DNA from: Chromera velia
Taxonomy: Eukaryota
DNA length: 20,000 nucleotides
Assembly (NCBI GenBank): GCA_018398765.1
Contig: JAHBMJ010000002.1
Coordinates: 118,614 to 138,613 of the forward strand
Direction of reading: 5' to 3'
Below, piece by piece: positions 9,987 to 20,000 of the stretch (its first letter is position 1; each line of letters begins with the position of its first letter). Position numbers and translations under genes: made by a program. The notes beneath the pieces were generated by a model that was not told the DNA's origin, did not search any database, and was given only the letters and a program-made list of their open reading frames with translations.

Positions 9987-12598
9987 TCTCTGTCTGTCTG
10001 TCTGTCTTTCTGTCTGTCTGTCTGTCTCTGCAGGCTCCTTTCACCGAGTCCTTCGCAGAGAGCAAGCACACGGCCGGAGAGCGACATCATGAGGTCAGCT
10101 TGAGATTCTTTTTTTGATTGACTTTGCGAGTCGATGTCGTTGGACGCTCATCCATATGCATTTGTGTGTGGACGGGAGGGAATGAGGTTTGCCCGCCTGG
10201 CTCTCAGTTTCTTATCGCGAGTCTCCGCAACTGCTGTTGCGTTCGCGTCGGTGTGGTCTCTTAGACACCAGACGAGGAATTTGCATTCTCAGCTTGCGTA
10301 GTTTACGTGAGCAAGCAACAGATCCATCAACTGGCCATTCTTCCTTCGGTGATGTGTGGATGAGCGTGAGACCACCAATATTCCCGGAGGAATTCAGTCT
10401 TTCTGTCTCGCATGTCTACCTTTCTGCTTGTCTGCGTGTCTGTCTTGGTACGTATGCATGATCGAGTGCGTGTGTGTGTTGGTGAAAAGTCAGTCGTGAA
10501 TTTTCGGCGCTAGCCTCTGCTTTGCATACCGACAGAGACTGCATGCGGCTATGAGCTTCTGTGTCAGAGCTCAGCCTAGGGGGCAGGGGTTGGACCTCGT
10601 TTGTATATCGAGGGGGGGTGGAATGCGGTCTCGGGTTGCACTTCAGAGGGGTCGTTGATTCAGTGATCGTTGGGTTGGGCACGTATGGTTTTGGAAACGG
10701 CAGCTGTCTCCTGAATTTGTGTCCACTGAGGGGGATAGTGGGTGCGTTCAGACACCCATGCTGCTGTCTGCTCCTTGACTGGTTGTCCACGCAAACCATC
10801 GGTCTCTGACTGCATGGCCAAAGGATCGACTTAGTGTTGCCCTTCCTTGCAGAACGGAAAAGTAGACCAGTCGAATTAGTGTCCTCCCTCGTATTTAACC
10901 TTGTCGCGTATGTAATCGTATTTATCAAAACTTCCGAGTCTCCTTATTTCACCTTCTTTTCCTCTCCTTCGACAGTCTTCTCCTTCATTCTCTCTGCGCT
11001 CTCTCTTTTCTCTCTTGTGTTGCTGCGTGCAGGCAGAATCGGGTCAATCAATTGCGTCGACAGGAGTGCATGCGTGGAGTCCGACTCGTGGACACATCCG
11101 GCANGATCCATCAACTGGCCATGCTTCCTTCGGTAATGTGTGGAATGTGCGTGGGATGCCCATTATTCCCGGAGGAAGTCTTTCTGTCTCGCATGTCTAC
11201 CTTTCTGCTTGTCTGCGTGTCTGTCTTGGTACGTGTGCATGATCGAGTGCGTGTGTGTGTTGGTGAAAAGTCAGTCGTGAATTTTCGGCGCTAGCCTCTG
11301 CTTTGCATACCGACAGAGACTGCATGCGGCTGTGAGCTTCTGTGTCAGAGCTCAGCCTAGGGGGCAGGGGTTGGACCTCGTTTGTATATCGAGGGGGGGT
11401 GGAATGCGGTCTCGGGTTGCACTTCAGAGGGGTCGTTGATTCAGTGATCGTTGGGTTGGGCACGTATGGTTTTGGAAACGGCAGCTGTCTCCTGAATTTG
11501 TGTCCACTGAGGGGGATAGTGGGTGCGTTCAGACACCCATGCTGCTGTCTGCTCCTTGACTGGTTGTCCACGCAAACCATCGGTCTCTGACTGCATGGCC
11601 AAAGGATCGACTTAGTGTTGCCCTTCCTTGCAGAACGGAAAAGTAGACTAGTCGAATTAGTGTCCTCCCTCGTATTTAACCTTGTCGCGTATGTAATCGT
11701 ATTTATCAAAACTTCCGAGTCTCCTTATTTCACCTTCTTTTCCTCTCCTTCGACAGTCTTCTCCTTCATTCTCTCTGCGCTCTCTCTTTTCTCTCTTGTG
11801 TTGCTGCGTGCAGGCAGAATCGGGTCAATCAATTGCGTCGACAGGAGTGCATGCGTGGAGTCCGACTCGTGGACACATCCGGCACAATCGAAGAGGTCAG
11901 TGGACTTGCTGTGTGCTTGGACAGCGAAGAAGTGTTTTTGCTTCTTTATTTGTTTGATTGGTTTCTGTGTCTGTATGTTTGTTCGTTTGTTTGGTCTGTG
12001 GAGAATCCTTTGGACGTTTGTCTGTTTGTGTCAGTAGTATACCGTCTGAGTCTGTCTGTCTTTGGCGTTGTTGCACGAAACGTCAATAGCGGAAGGGCTT
12101 CTCTTTTGTTTCTCGTGAAAGAAGATCAGTCTGAGTGCCGATCGATCCGTCGATCGATTGATTCCGTTCTCCGAAGACAAGAAAAGTCATATTGAATACC
12201 TTTTGAGAAGGCCTTCTTTCATTTTTTCTGGTGGCTTTGTCTGTGTGTCTCTACGTCTCTTTTCTTCTTTTTTTTTCTTTTCTTTTCCTTTCTTTTGTTT
12301 GTCAGTCCTTGAGTGTACCTGCCTGTCTGCCTCTCTGTGGAAGTGGGGGGAACAAAACAGGAATGGTCTGTCTGTGCATCCATCTGTGTCTCTGTGTGTC
12401 TGTCTGTCTGTCTGTCTGTGCATCCATCTGTGTCTATGTCTGTCTATCTGTTTGTCTTTTCCTTTGGTTGCTCATCAGAGGCTTGATTCATTTGTTTCAT
12501 GATTGGATGAAGAGACAAAGAAGAAAGACAAAGGTGAGTCTGTAGACCGTTGCGTCCGTTCTCTTTCGAGATTGATAGCACAAAGAGTCACTCGCACG

Positions 12599-12633
<35 letters not shown>

Positions 12634-14419
12634 GTCTCTGTCTGTCTGTTTGTCTGTCTGTTTGTCTGTCTGTTTGTCTGTCTCTGCAGGCTCCTTTCAC
12701 CGAGTCCTTCGCAGAAAGCAAGCGCACGGCCGGAGAGCGACATCATGAGGTTAGCTTGAGATTCTTTTTTTGATTGACTTTGCGAGTCGATGTTATTGGA
12801 CGCTCATTACTTCATATGCATGTGTGTGTGGACGGGAGGGAATGAGGTTTGCCCGCCTGGCTCTCAGTTTCTTATCGCGAGTCTCCGCGACTGCTGTTGC
12901 GTTCGCGTCGGTGTGGTCTCTTAGACACCAGACGAGGAATTTGCATTCTCAGCTTTCGTGGTTTACGTGAGCAGGCGACAGATCCATCAACTGGCCATGC
13001 TTCCTTCGGTAATGTGTGGAATGTGCGTGGGATGCCCATTATTCCCGGAGGAAGTCTTTCTGTCTCGCATGTCTACCTTTCTGCTTGTCTGCGTGTCTGT
13101 CTTGGTACGTGTGCATGATCGAGTGCGTGTGTGTGTTGGTGAAAAGTCAGTCGTGAATTTTCGGCGCTAGCCTCTGCTTTGCATACCGACAGAGACTGCA
13201 TGCGGCTGTGTGCTTCTGTATCAGAGCTCAGCCTAGGGGGCAGGGGTTGGACCTCGTTTGTATATCGAGGGGGGGTGGAATGCGGTCTCGGGTTGCACTT
13301 CAGAGGGGTCGTTGATTCAGTGATCGTTTGGTTGGGCACGTATGGTTTTGGAAACGGCAGCTGTCTCCTGAATTTGTGTCCACTGAGGGGGATTGTGGGT
13401 GCGTTCAGACACTCATGTTGCTGTCTGCTCCTTGACTGGTTGTCCACGCAAACCATCGGTCTCTGACTGCATGGCCAAAGGATCGACTTAGTGTTGCCCT
13501 TCCTTGCAGAACGGAAAAGTAGACTAGTCGAATTAGTGTTCTCCCTCGTATTTAACCTTGTCGCATGTGTAGTCTTATTTATCAAAACTTGCGAGTCCCC
13601 TTATTTAACCTTCTTTTCCTCTTCCTGGACAACCTTCTCCTTCATGCTCTCTGCTTTCTCTCTCTCTCTCTTGTGTCGCTGCGTGCAGGCAGAATCGGGT
13701 CAATTGCGTCGACAGGAGTGCATGCATGGAGTCCGACTCGTGGACACATCCGGCACAATTGAAGAGGTCAGTGGACTTGCCTTGTGGTTGGACAGCAAAG
13801 AAGTGTTTTTGCTTCTGCTGAATTGTTTGTTTGTTTGTTTGTTTGTTTGTTTGTTCTCTTGAGAGTCGTTTGGACGTTTGTATGTTTGTGTTGGTATGGG
13901 CTTTGAGTCTGTTTGTCAAAGACTTCAGCGTTATTTCACGAAACGGTACTGGCGGAAGGGCTTCTTGTTTTGTTTCTCGTGAAAGAAGATCAGACTGCCT
14001 GCCGATCGATCCATCGATCGATCGATTGATTCCGTTCTCCCAAAACAAGAAAAGCCATATTCAATACCTTTTGAGAAGGCCTTCTTTCATTCATTCTGGT
14101 GGCTTAGTCTGTATGTCTCTACGCTCTTCTGTTCTGTTCCTTTCCTTTCCTTTCTTTTGTTTGTCAGTCCTTGAGTGCACCTGCCTGTCTGCCTCTCTGT
14201 GGAAGTAGGGGGAACAAAAAAGGAATAGTCTGTTTATGCATCCATCTGTGTCTGTTTCTGTCTGTCTGTCTGTTTGTCTTTTCCTTTGGTTGCTCATTGA
14301 AGGCTTGATTTGTTGGTTTCATGATGGGATGAAGAGACAAAGAAGAAAGACAAATGTGAGTCTATTGTCCGTTACAACCGTTCTCTTTTGAGATTGATAG
14401 CACAAAGAGTCACTCGCAC

Positions 14420-14460
<41 letters not shown>

Positions 14461-14531
14461 CCTTCCTGCAGGCTCCTTCAACCGAGTCCTTTGCAGAAAG
14501 CAAGCGTACGGCTGGAAAGCGACATCATGAG
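9150..14531 (+). ncRNA. Putative spliced non-coding (host-gene-like) transcript with repeated 82-nt and 60-nt exons
   Basis: Exon a: 9150-9231, 11814-11895, 13689-13766 (4-nt deletion). Exon b: 10034-10093, 12690-12749, 14472-14531. Each has a pyrimidine tract plus CAG acceptor and a GTCAG/GTTAG donor. Reading frame is not preserved between copies. Confidence 0.4.
9905..10030 (+). repeat. Compound microsatellite (CT)n(CTGT)n(GT)n(CTGT)n; related tracts near 8838-8866, 12598-12686 and 14420-14460
   Basis: Directly visible. These tracts precede the exon-b acceptors in three cases. Confidence 0.95.
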
Positions 14532-16236
14532 GTCAGCTTGAGGTGCTTTTTCTGATTGACTTTGCGAGTTGATGTCATTGGACGCTCATTACTTCATATG
14601 TATGTGTGTGTGGACGGGAGGGAATGAGGTTTGCCTGCCTGCATTTCGTTCAATTTCGCTGAATTGATTTTTTTCTTCTTCTGTGATTTCATTTACCTGC
14701 CGGTCGTCTTGTTCTGTTTGTCTGGCCCCCCCTTCTATCCCATCTGCTCTAAAAGACATCTATTTGAGTATGCATATGTGAACGGGTGATTCTGTGAGGA
14801 ACCTTTTGCTGTTTGTTGACTTTGCTTCTCTTCTTTAGTATGGCATCCTGCCGTGCTTCTTCCTCTGTAATTTTTAGTTAAAAATGAGTGTATTCACCTC
14901 TTCTGATCGGGCTTATCTTCAGATTACTATTGGGGTTGGAGGCCTAACACCGGGTTTTGCTTCTTTGGCGGTTTTTTTTTTTAATGAGCTTGGACGCGAA
15001 GCTCGGTTTGGTGTTTGTGTGTGTGAGGGGTGTGTGTGTATGTGTGTAGGTCGATGATGATGTACTGGGGAACGGGGGCCCAGTACGAGCGATTGAGCGG
15101 GCGACCTTACCTGTCCCTGGGAGGTCCTGGTGGTGTGAGTGGCCAACTCACCCCCTGAGGGACCTTATATGCGCATGCGCATACGTCTTCTCGCCGCGAA
15201 GGCATCAGGGTCGGAGGCTGTGGGTTATATACGCCCGGCAGGTCTGTGTTATCTGCCTTTATTCATCAGTCACCGATCGGTACGCGGTGCTGCTCCAGGG
15301 AGGGTTCGTGTGTATGTAGGTGCGGGTGAGTAGATGAATGAGGGTGAAGATGTATGAGTGTGTGTGTTACAGTATGCTAGGTGTGTATGGGTGTTTTGTT
15401 TCTATTCATCCCTTTTCAGTACTTAGGGGGTCATTCAGTTGGTCTTTTTGTCGACACACTTGTCTTGCCTTGCATCTTTCGTGCCCTTTATTTGGTTCAG
15501 TTGGTCGTTCTGATCCGAATCAATCAGGCATCTACCTGTCCATCCTTTATTCATTTGATCATTCATTTATAAGTGTTCATCTTGTCTATCTTTTCTCTCT
15601 GTTTGGGTGGTTTTTGACTTACGCACGACTTTTGTGCACCTCCAGTGCCTGCGCGTTTTCCATTTCTGGTTGTTGACGGTGCTCACTCTGACTCTTGATC
15701 TCCCACTCAGTCTGCCGATGTAATTGTCGTTGAGAACGTAGTTGATGACGATTTCATCTCTCCATATCTGCAGATTTTCAGTTTCAGGCTCCACGGTCCC
15801 TGTTTACGTTTGCCTTCCCCACGGTAACCCCGGAAGTGAGAGTACTAAAAGCGCACCGCCTTAGTTAACGTGAACTGGCCTCCCGTAATTGGGGCTGCCA
15901 GCTCCTTCTAAGGTGGGTGTTCCCCATTCTGTTCCTTGCATGTTTTGAATGCAGTGCCAGTATCATACTCGGCTCTGCTAGTCTCTCTTTTTTATCATAG
16001 TGTGTTGCTTTTGTTTCGTCTTTCCCCTTCTGCGCCGTGATTTTTTCTTTTTGATCTGTCTTCTTTCTTTGACTGCTGAGTTTCCTTTCTTGCTTTTTAA
16101 GAATAGCGGCTCCCTTTTTTACAGTTTGCTTTACCTCAAATTACCAAATAAATGCAGAGCAGTCGCAGTCTTCAACTTTGATCAACCACAATTCGTTTGG
16201 GCATCCTTCATAGGTGAGGGAGTATTGTACCTTCTG

Positions 16237-16267
<31 letters not shown>

Positions 16268-16837
16268 TTTTTGACCACTTCTCTCACTTTGTGGATAGAT
16301 TTTTTTTTTTATCATGAGTCTGTCTAGTCTTGAAGAATGCGTACATTTCAAGCGCATGCAAGTTAAACAAAAAGTTGCGTCTCATCGAAGAAGAGATGTG
16401 AAATTCAGTTTTCCTGATTCTCTGTAAATCAAACAAAAAAAGGAACAAGTCTTTCGTTGAAAAAAAGAAATGAGTCTTTCATTCTCAAGTTTGTTTCCCC
16501 CCTCATCTTTGATTCAGAGAGGTGAAGGAATGGCCTTCAAGGACGAGTTTCCTGTTGTTAGCTGCTGCCGGACGTGTTCGTGTACCATGATTCACCGCAC
16601 GTCTGCTGTCCATCATTGTAAGTACGACCATACTGTGACCGAAGAGACGAAGAGTTCTACCTTTTGTCAGTTCAAATGGATGTGTATGACTGCTTTTGTT
16701 TAGTCCTTCTTATTGTTTTTCTTCCTTTTCTCTCCCTTTCTCCTCTCCCCTTTTTCTGTTTCTCTCCATGGTCTTCAGTCACTGTGTTCCTTGCTCTTTC
16801 CAGCCTTCCTTCTCTACTGTAACATTTTTTTTTCATG

Positions 16838-18333
16838 TTAAGGTCTGTTTTTTCTAAGACTGAAAGGCGTAAATCGATTTACTTTCAAGTCCCTTTTTAG
16901 TCTTCTACATGCTGGTCTCCCATGTCGTTTGTTGCCATAATATGCGCATTCATAGTCTGGTGGCAAAGGGCACTGGTCACTTACGTGAGGGGTCGAGCCT
17001 GCGCATCTCTTGCAAGTTGCTTGTGCGGACACTGCTGCAGGACCGTGTTGATCAACGAGGAGATGTGTCGTTCTGTGAAGGGTGCGGGCTTTTCCTTCTG
17101 GCTCTCGGTGAGTCTGTCTCCTTTTATCATTTCGCCATTTGTTTCTTCGACTACCAAAAACTTTTTGGGTCTCTCAGTTGCCCCACTGTTGTGTGAAATC
17201 AGTTCTGCTGCCCCCATTAATTTGTCGAATGAGGTGTATTACTTTTGTATGAGGATTGACTTTGTGATCTTGTCAGACAGTCCTCTCCGGAATTTTTTTA
17301 TTAGTCTTTCATCCTCGATCGACAAATTTGCTTGTCGACAAAGGGAAGTGTACCTGTCTGCGTACTCTTGGATTGTTTCTTCTTCTCTTTACTACAGGTT
17401 GTCTAAGCTGGCCTCTGCTCTCTCTATGTGCGGTTCCTTGAGTCCAAACTTTGAGAAGAAGGTGTCTTTCAGGTCAGTGATGGTTTGAATTTTGCTTATT
17501 TTTTCGTCGGATATGTTTGTGAACCAATCGAGTGCATTTCTCTTCAGCGACTTTCGGAAATAGAAGAGAATCTGGGTGATGTTCCATTAGAAGGCAGTGG
17601 CATCCATCTCAAAAGCTCTCCAGAAGTTTTATACGTCTTTTCTTTCTCCTGAATATGCATCAATTTGATGTCTGCTTTGATTGGGGGGTTGTAGAAGTGG
17701 TTTGGGGTTGGCAGCAGTGGAGGGGTTGGTAGCAGAGGAGGCAGATCAGCTCTTTGGGCGTCTTTGGGTGGAAAAGGAAAACTGTGAAGGTACCGAAGCC
17801 ATGCTGTCTGCTTTCGTTTCCTTTACGGGCAGTTTGTCTATATTAAGCACCAACTCGAATTCTCCTTCTTTTATAGGTTTGAATGTCACTCCCTGTCTTG
17901 CTAATTCCTTCAGGACAGACGGATCCCATTTCTGTACTTGCGTGGAACTGGCTGACGACTTCTTCTGCGCTTTATCAGTCTGTTGATCTGTCATTTCTTC
18001 ATCTGATTTTCCTTCACTCTCTTCTCCATTTCTTTTTTTCTTATTATTTTCCTTCCCTTTCTCATTCTCTTATGTTTCGTTTTCTTCCATTTGTTCGTCT
18101 TGGTTCTCCACTTCCTTTTTTGTTTCCTTTTCCTCATTGTTTCAATTTTTGTTATTCAAAGATTTCCCCTTTTCCTTCTTTTTCAGTGGCTCCTTAATTA
18201 CTTTCTTGCGTTTTTCAGCAAGCTGAAGAGACGCATCCATTTCGTGGAATTCGTCAGGGTTGCTTTTCTTGTTTTTTTCTAGTGTTTTTTGTCGCTCCGT
18301 CAGTTTTTTCTTGGGCTGAGGCTTTGGAGCCAT
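16838..18333 (-). pseudogene. gag: Retrotransposon gag (Retrotrans_gag-type capsid plus two CCHC zinc knuckles) with multiple stops and about two frameshifts
   Basis: Manual translation: YSGERKDV*NFWRAFEMDATAF*WN...SLKRNALDWF...DLKDTFFSKFG...LDNL**REEETIQEYADRYTSL...KKFRRGLSDKI. Knuckles CKRCAGSTPHVSDQC and CAY(Y)GNKRHGRPAC. Lys/Glu-rich N-terminus from the ATG at 18333. Confidence 0.85.
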
Positions 18334-18392
18334 ATTCGGTTCTCCCCTTTTAATGCTATGCCTTACGCAAAAGGATGAGTGTAGTTTACTGT

Positions 18393-18912
18393 CAGATAGA
18401 ACGTGTGAAATTCATAGAAAGGGCAGGGCTTCGCCGCTCGCACAAGAATAAAGAAAAGTCAAATTCACTCTCAGGTAGAATGCGTAAAATTCATAGAAAG
18501 GGCAGGGCTTCGCCGTTCTCAAAAAAATGAAGAAAAGTCAAATTCACTCTCAGGTAGAATATGTAAAATTCATAGAAAGGGCAGGGCTTCGCCGTTCTGA
18601 CAAGAATGAAGAAAAGTCAAATTCACTCTCAGGTAGAATGCGTGAAATTAACAGAAAGGGCAGGGCTTCCGAATCTTCATTCTCACAAGAATAAAGAAAA
18701 GTCAAATTTACTCTCAGGTAGAATGCGTAAAATTCACAGAAAGGGCAGGGCTTCGCCGTTCTCACAAGAATGAAGAAAAGTTAAATTCACTCTCACTGAC
18801 AGGTAGAATGCGTGAAATTAACAGAAAAGGCAGGGCTTCACCGTTTGCAGAAGAATAGAGAAAGGTCAAATTCACTTTCAGGTAGAGTGTATAAAATTTA
18901 TGAAAAGGGCAG
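18393..18912. repeat. About 6.4 copies of a 79-bp tandem repeat in the retroelement 5' UTR
   Basis: Units start CAG(G/A)TAGA at 18393, 18472, 18551, 18630, 18715, 18800 and 18879. Two units carry 6-bp insertions. Confidence 0.95.
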
Positions 18913-19303
18913 AAGTGGGAACCCGGTTCTGTCTGATTTTGGCAGCGCTTCGCGGTGTGGTTCTGCTCGGTACGGAATTTTGATGGACTCCGAGGATGGG
19001 AAGTGGGGTTCCATCAGAAATTTCAGCAGCGCTTCACGATGTGGTCCTGCTTCTTCTCCTTCCAAGTACAGGACACCAAAGGGATGGCCAGGTCCAGGGA
19101 GTGTAAATTGAGGTTTGAGTTGGTGGCTCGCAGGTATAGGCTCCTGTAGTAAGGGTGTAGGTGATCACAGCGTTCTGGTTTCCTCTGGGTGATTCAGAAC
19201 CTTCTCTGGACGAAGAAGGTAGTCTGCGTTACTTGCAGAATGATGTTGTTCAGCAAGAGAAGGTTGATCTCCGTTCGCTCAGCTCTTTGATCTTGTCGAT
19301 CTT

Positions 19304-19319
19304 GAGCTAGGCGTCACCA
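19304..19319 (-). promoter_or_regulatory. Primer-binding site (TGGTGACGCCTAGCTC on the minus strand)
   Basis: Minus strand reads ...CCTTAACA CG TGGTGACGCC..., a canonical LTR CA end, 2-nt spacer and TGG, upstream of gag in the right orientation. Confidence 0.65.
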
Positions 19320-19321
19320 CG

Positions 19322-20000
19322 TGTTAAGGTCTACTTAGAGGGGTTGACGCTGGTGAGTACTTACAGAGGTTCAAGGGTCTTCAAGGCTTGATGTCGCTGG
19401 AGTGGTTCAGGTCGATCTCCAGTGACAGACTCGATCAGTGTCAGGAGCATGGAGCTTTCTTGTGATTCGGTGATCGATCTGATTTTATTATAGTTTTCTA
19501 GAAAGTCTTTCGGAAGTCTTTCATATGATTTCGATTGAAGTATGATATGTAAACATTTGTATGATGCAGGACGTTTACGTCTTACATCTCCTTTCTTTGA
19601 TACTTAAAAGAGATATAGCGAGGATTAAACCCATGACCTTTTATTTATTAGTGCTCTATACTAACCACTAAGTCATGAAAGCAAGCGGCGTATATGATCT
19701 TCTTTTGCTTAGTGCTACTTTAAACTAAAACTAATTCATTTAATTTCTATCTTCTTTCTAGCTCTGCTGAGCTATGCTTAAGTAGTGTATAGCATGAGTG
19801 TATACATGCGTGCGATCTCAGGGCCTCTCGGCTGATCTCAGCAAAGGTGAGCTAAGCTGAGCTACCCCCCGAGGCGATAGGCCATGGTGGTGGTGAGGGG
19901 GTCTGGCCATGCACCACGACTTGGGTCGTCTTCATGCAGGATCTTAGGGGTGATGCCTAGCTCGGCCGGCCGGCCAGCGGCAGCGGCGCCCCCCCCCCCC
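19322..20000 (-). repeat. Inner part of the 5' LTR, continuing beyond the window
   Basis: Begins TGTTAA on the plus strand next to the PBS. No second LTR is in the window to confirm it. Confidence 0.55.

Larger units (their letters stand above)
9120..14640 (+). repeat. Tandem array of ~1.88-kb units (two complete, one gapped, one partial) with microsatellite-rich introns
   Basis: Anchor CAG|GCAGAATCGGG starts exons at 9150, 11033, 11814 and 13689. Anchor CTGCAG|GCTCCTT starts exons at 10034, 12690 and 14472. A single N at 11104 interrupts unit 2. Confidence 0.95.
16646..20000 (-). mobile_element. Degenerate, 3'-truncated Ty3/Gypsy-like LTR retrotransposon (5' LTR part, PBS, 5' UTR, gag, possible start of protease)
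   Basis: Gag capsid and zinc-knuckle homology, LTR end ...AACA plus a PBS starting TGG, and a tandem array in the UTR. No RT, RNase H or integrase is visible in the window. The left boundary is approximate. Confidence 0.8.

Noticed and set aside
10481..10835. Assigning the conserved block to SRP, RNase P/MRP, U17/snR30, U3 or telomerase RNA
   Set aside because: Only isolated partial words are present (GGAAACGG, GAAAAGTC, AAACCAT). The required partner motifs, spacing and helices are missing.
10416..10928. 170-aa minus-strand ORF repeated three times
   Set aside because: Non-ATG start and no recognisable domain. Its retention is expected from near-identical copies. Not fully excluded.
16595..16700. 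Intact aspartic protease after gag
   Set aside because: AVIHIHLN*QKVELFV resembles a protease start but no D[ST]G follows. MMDSRR in another frame is a weak match. At most a truncated remnant.
16836..16846. TGTTAAGGTCT identical to the LTR edge at 19322
   Set aside because: Similarity stops after 11 bp and the site lies within the gag frame, so it is likely chance and not a second LTR.
17239..17631. Ciliate-type genetic code (TAA/TAG = Gln) as the explanation for the stops
   Set aside because: The long host exons contain no in-frame TAR and end in TAA. Gag also has TGA stops and frameshifts, and the same CA->TA change occurs in non-coding repeats.
18393..18912. CRISPR-like array
   Set aside because: Contiguous tandem units without unique spacers, eukaryotic context and no cas genes.

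Overview
Eukaryotic, intron-containing DNA. The (CT)n/(CTGT)n-rich introns, TGCATGCA-type motifs and ankyrin gene style suggest a chromerid/apicomplexan-related alveolate such as Chromera; this is inference, not verified. Left to right: (1) the last two exons of a probable extracellular protein, with a NIDO-like domain, an Ig-like domain that appears interrupted by 30 'F-x-P-x-G-x-F-R' peptide repeats, a Thr stalk and a PAN/Apple domain; (2) a TpA-rich stretch running into a G-flanked assembly gap; (3) a minus-strand ankyrin-repeat gene broken by one in-frame TAG; (4) a ~1.9-kb tandem array of apparently non-coding spliced units sharing a conserved, hairpin-rich block; (5) a 3'-truncated minus-strand Ty3/Gypsy-like LTR retrotransposon with a decayed gag, a 79-bp tandem array, a PBS and part of its LTR. 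The strongest cross-cutting signal is a CpA->TpA (TpG->TpA) hypermutation pattern seen in repeated sequences, resembling fungal RIP in an apparently non-fungal genome. Other notable candidates are the 30-unit peptide-precursor-like array and an LTR sequence complementary to the PBS, which suggests self-priming.
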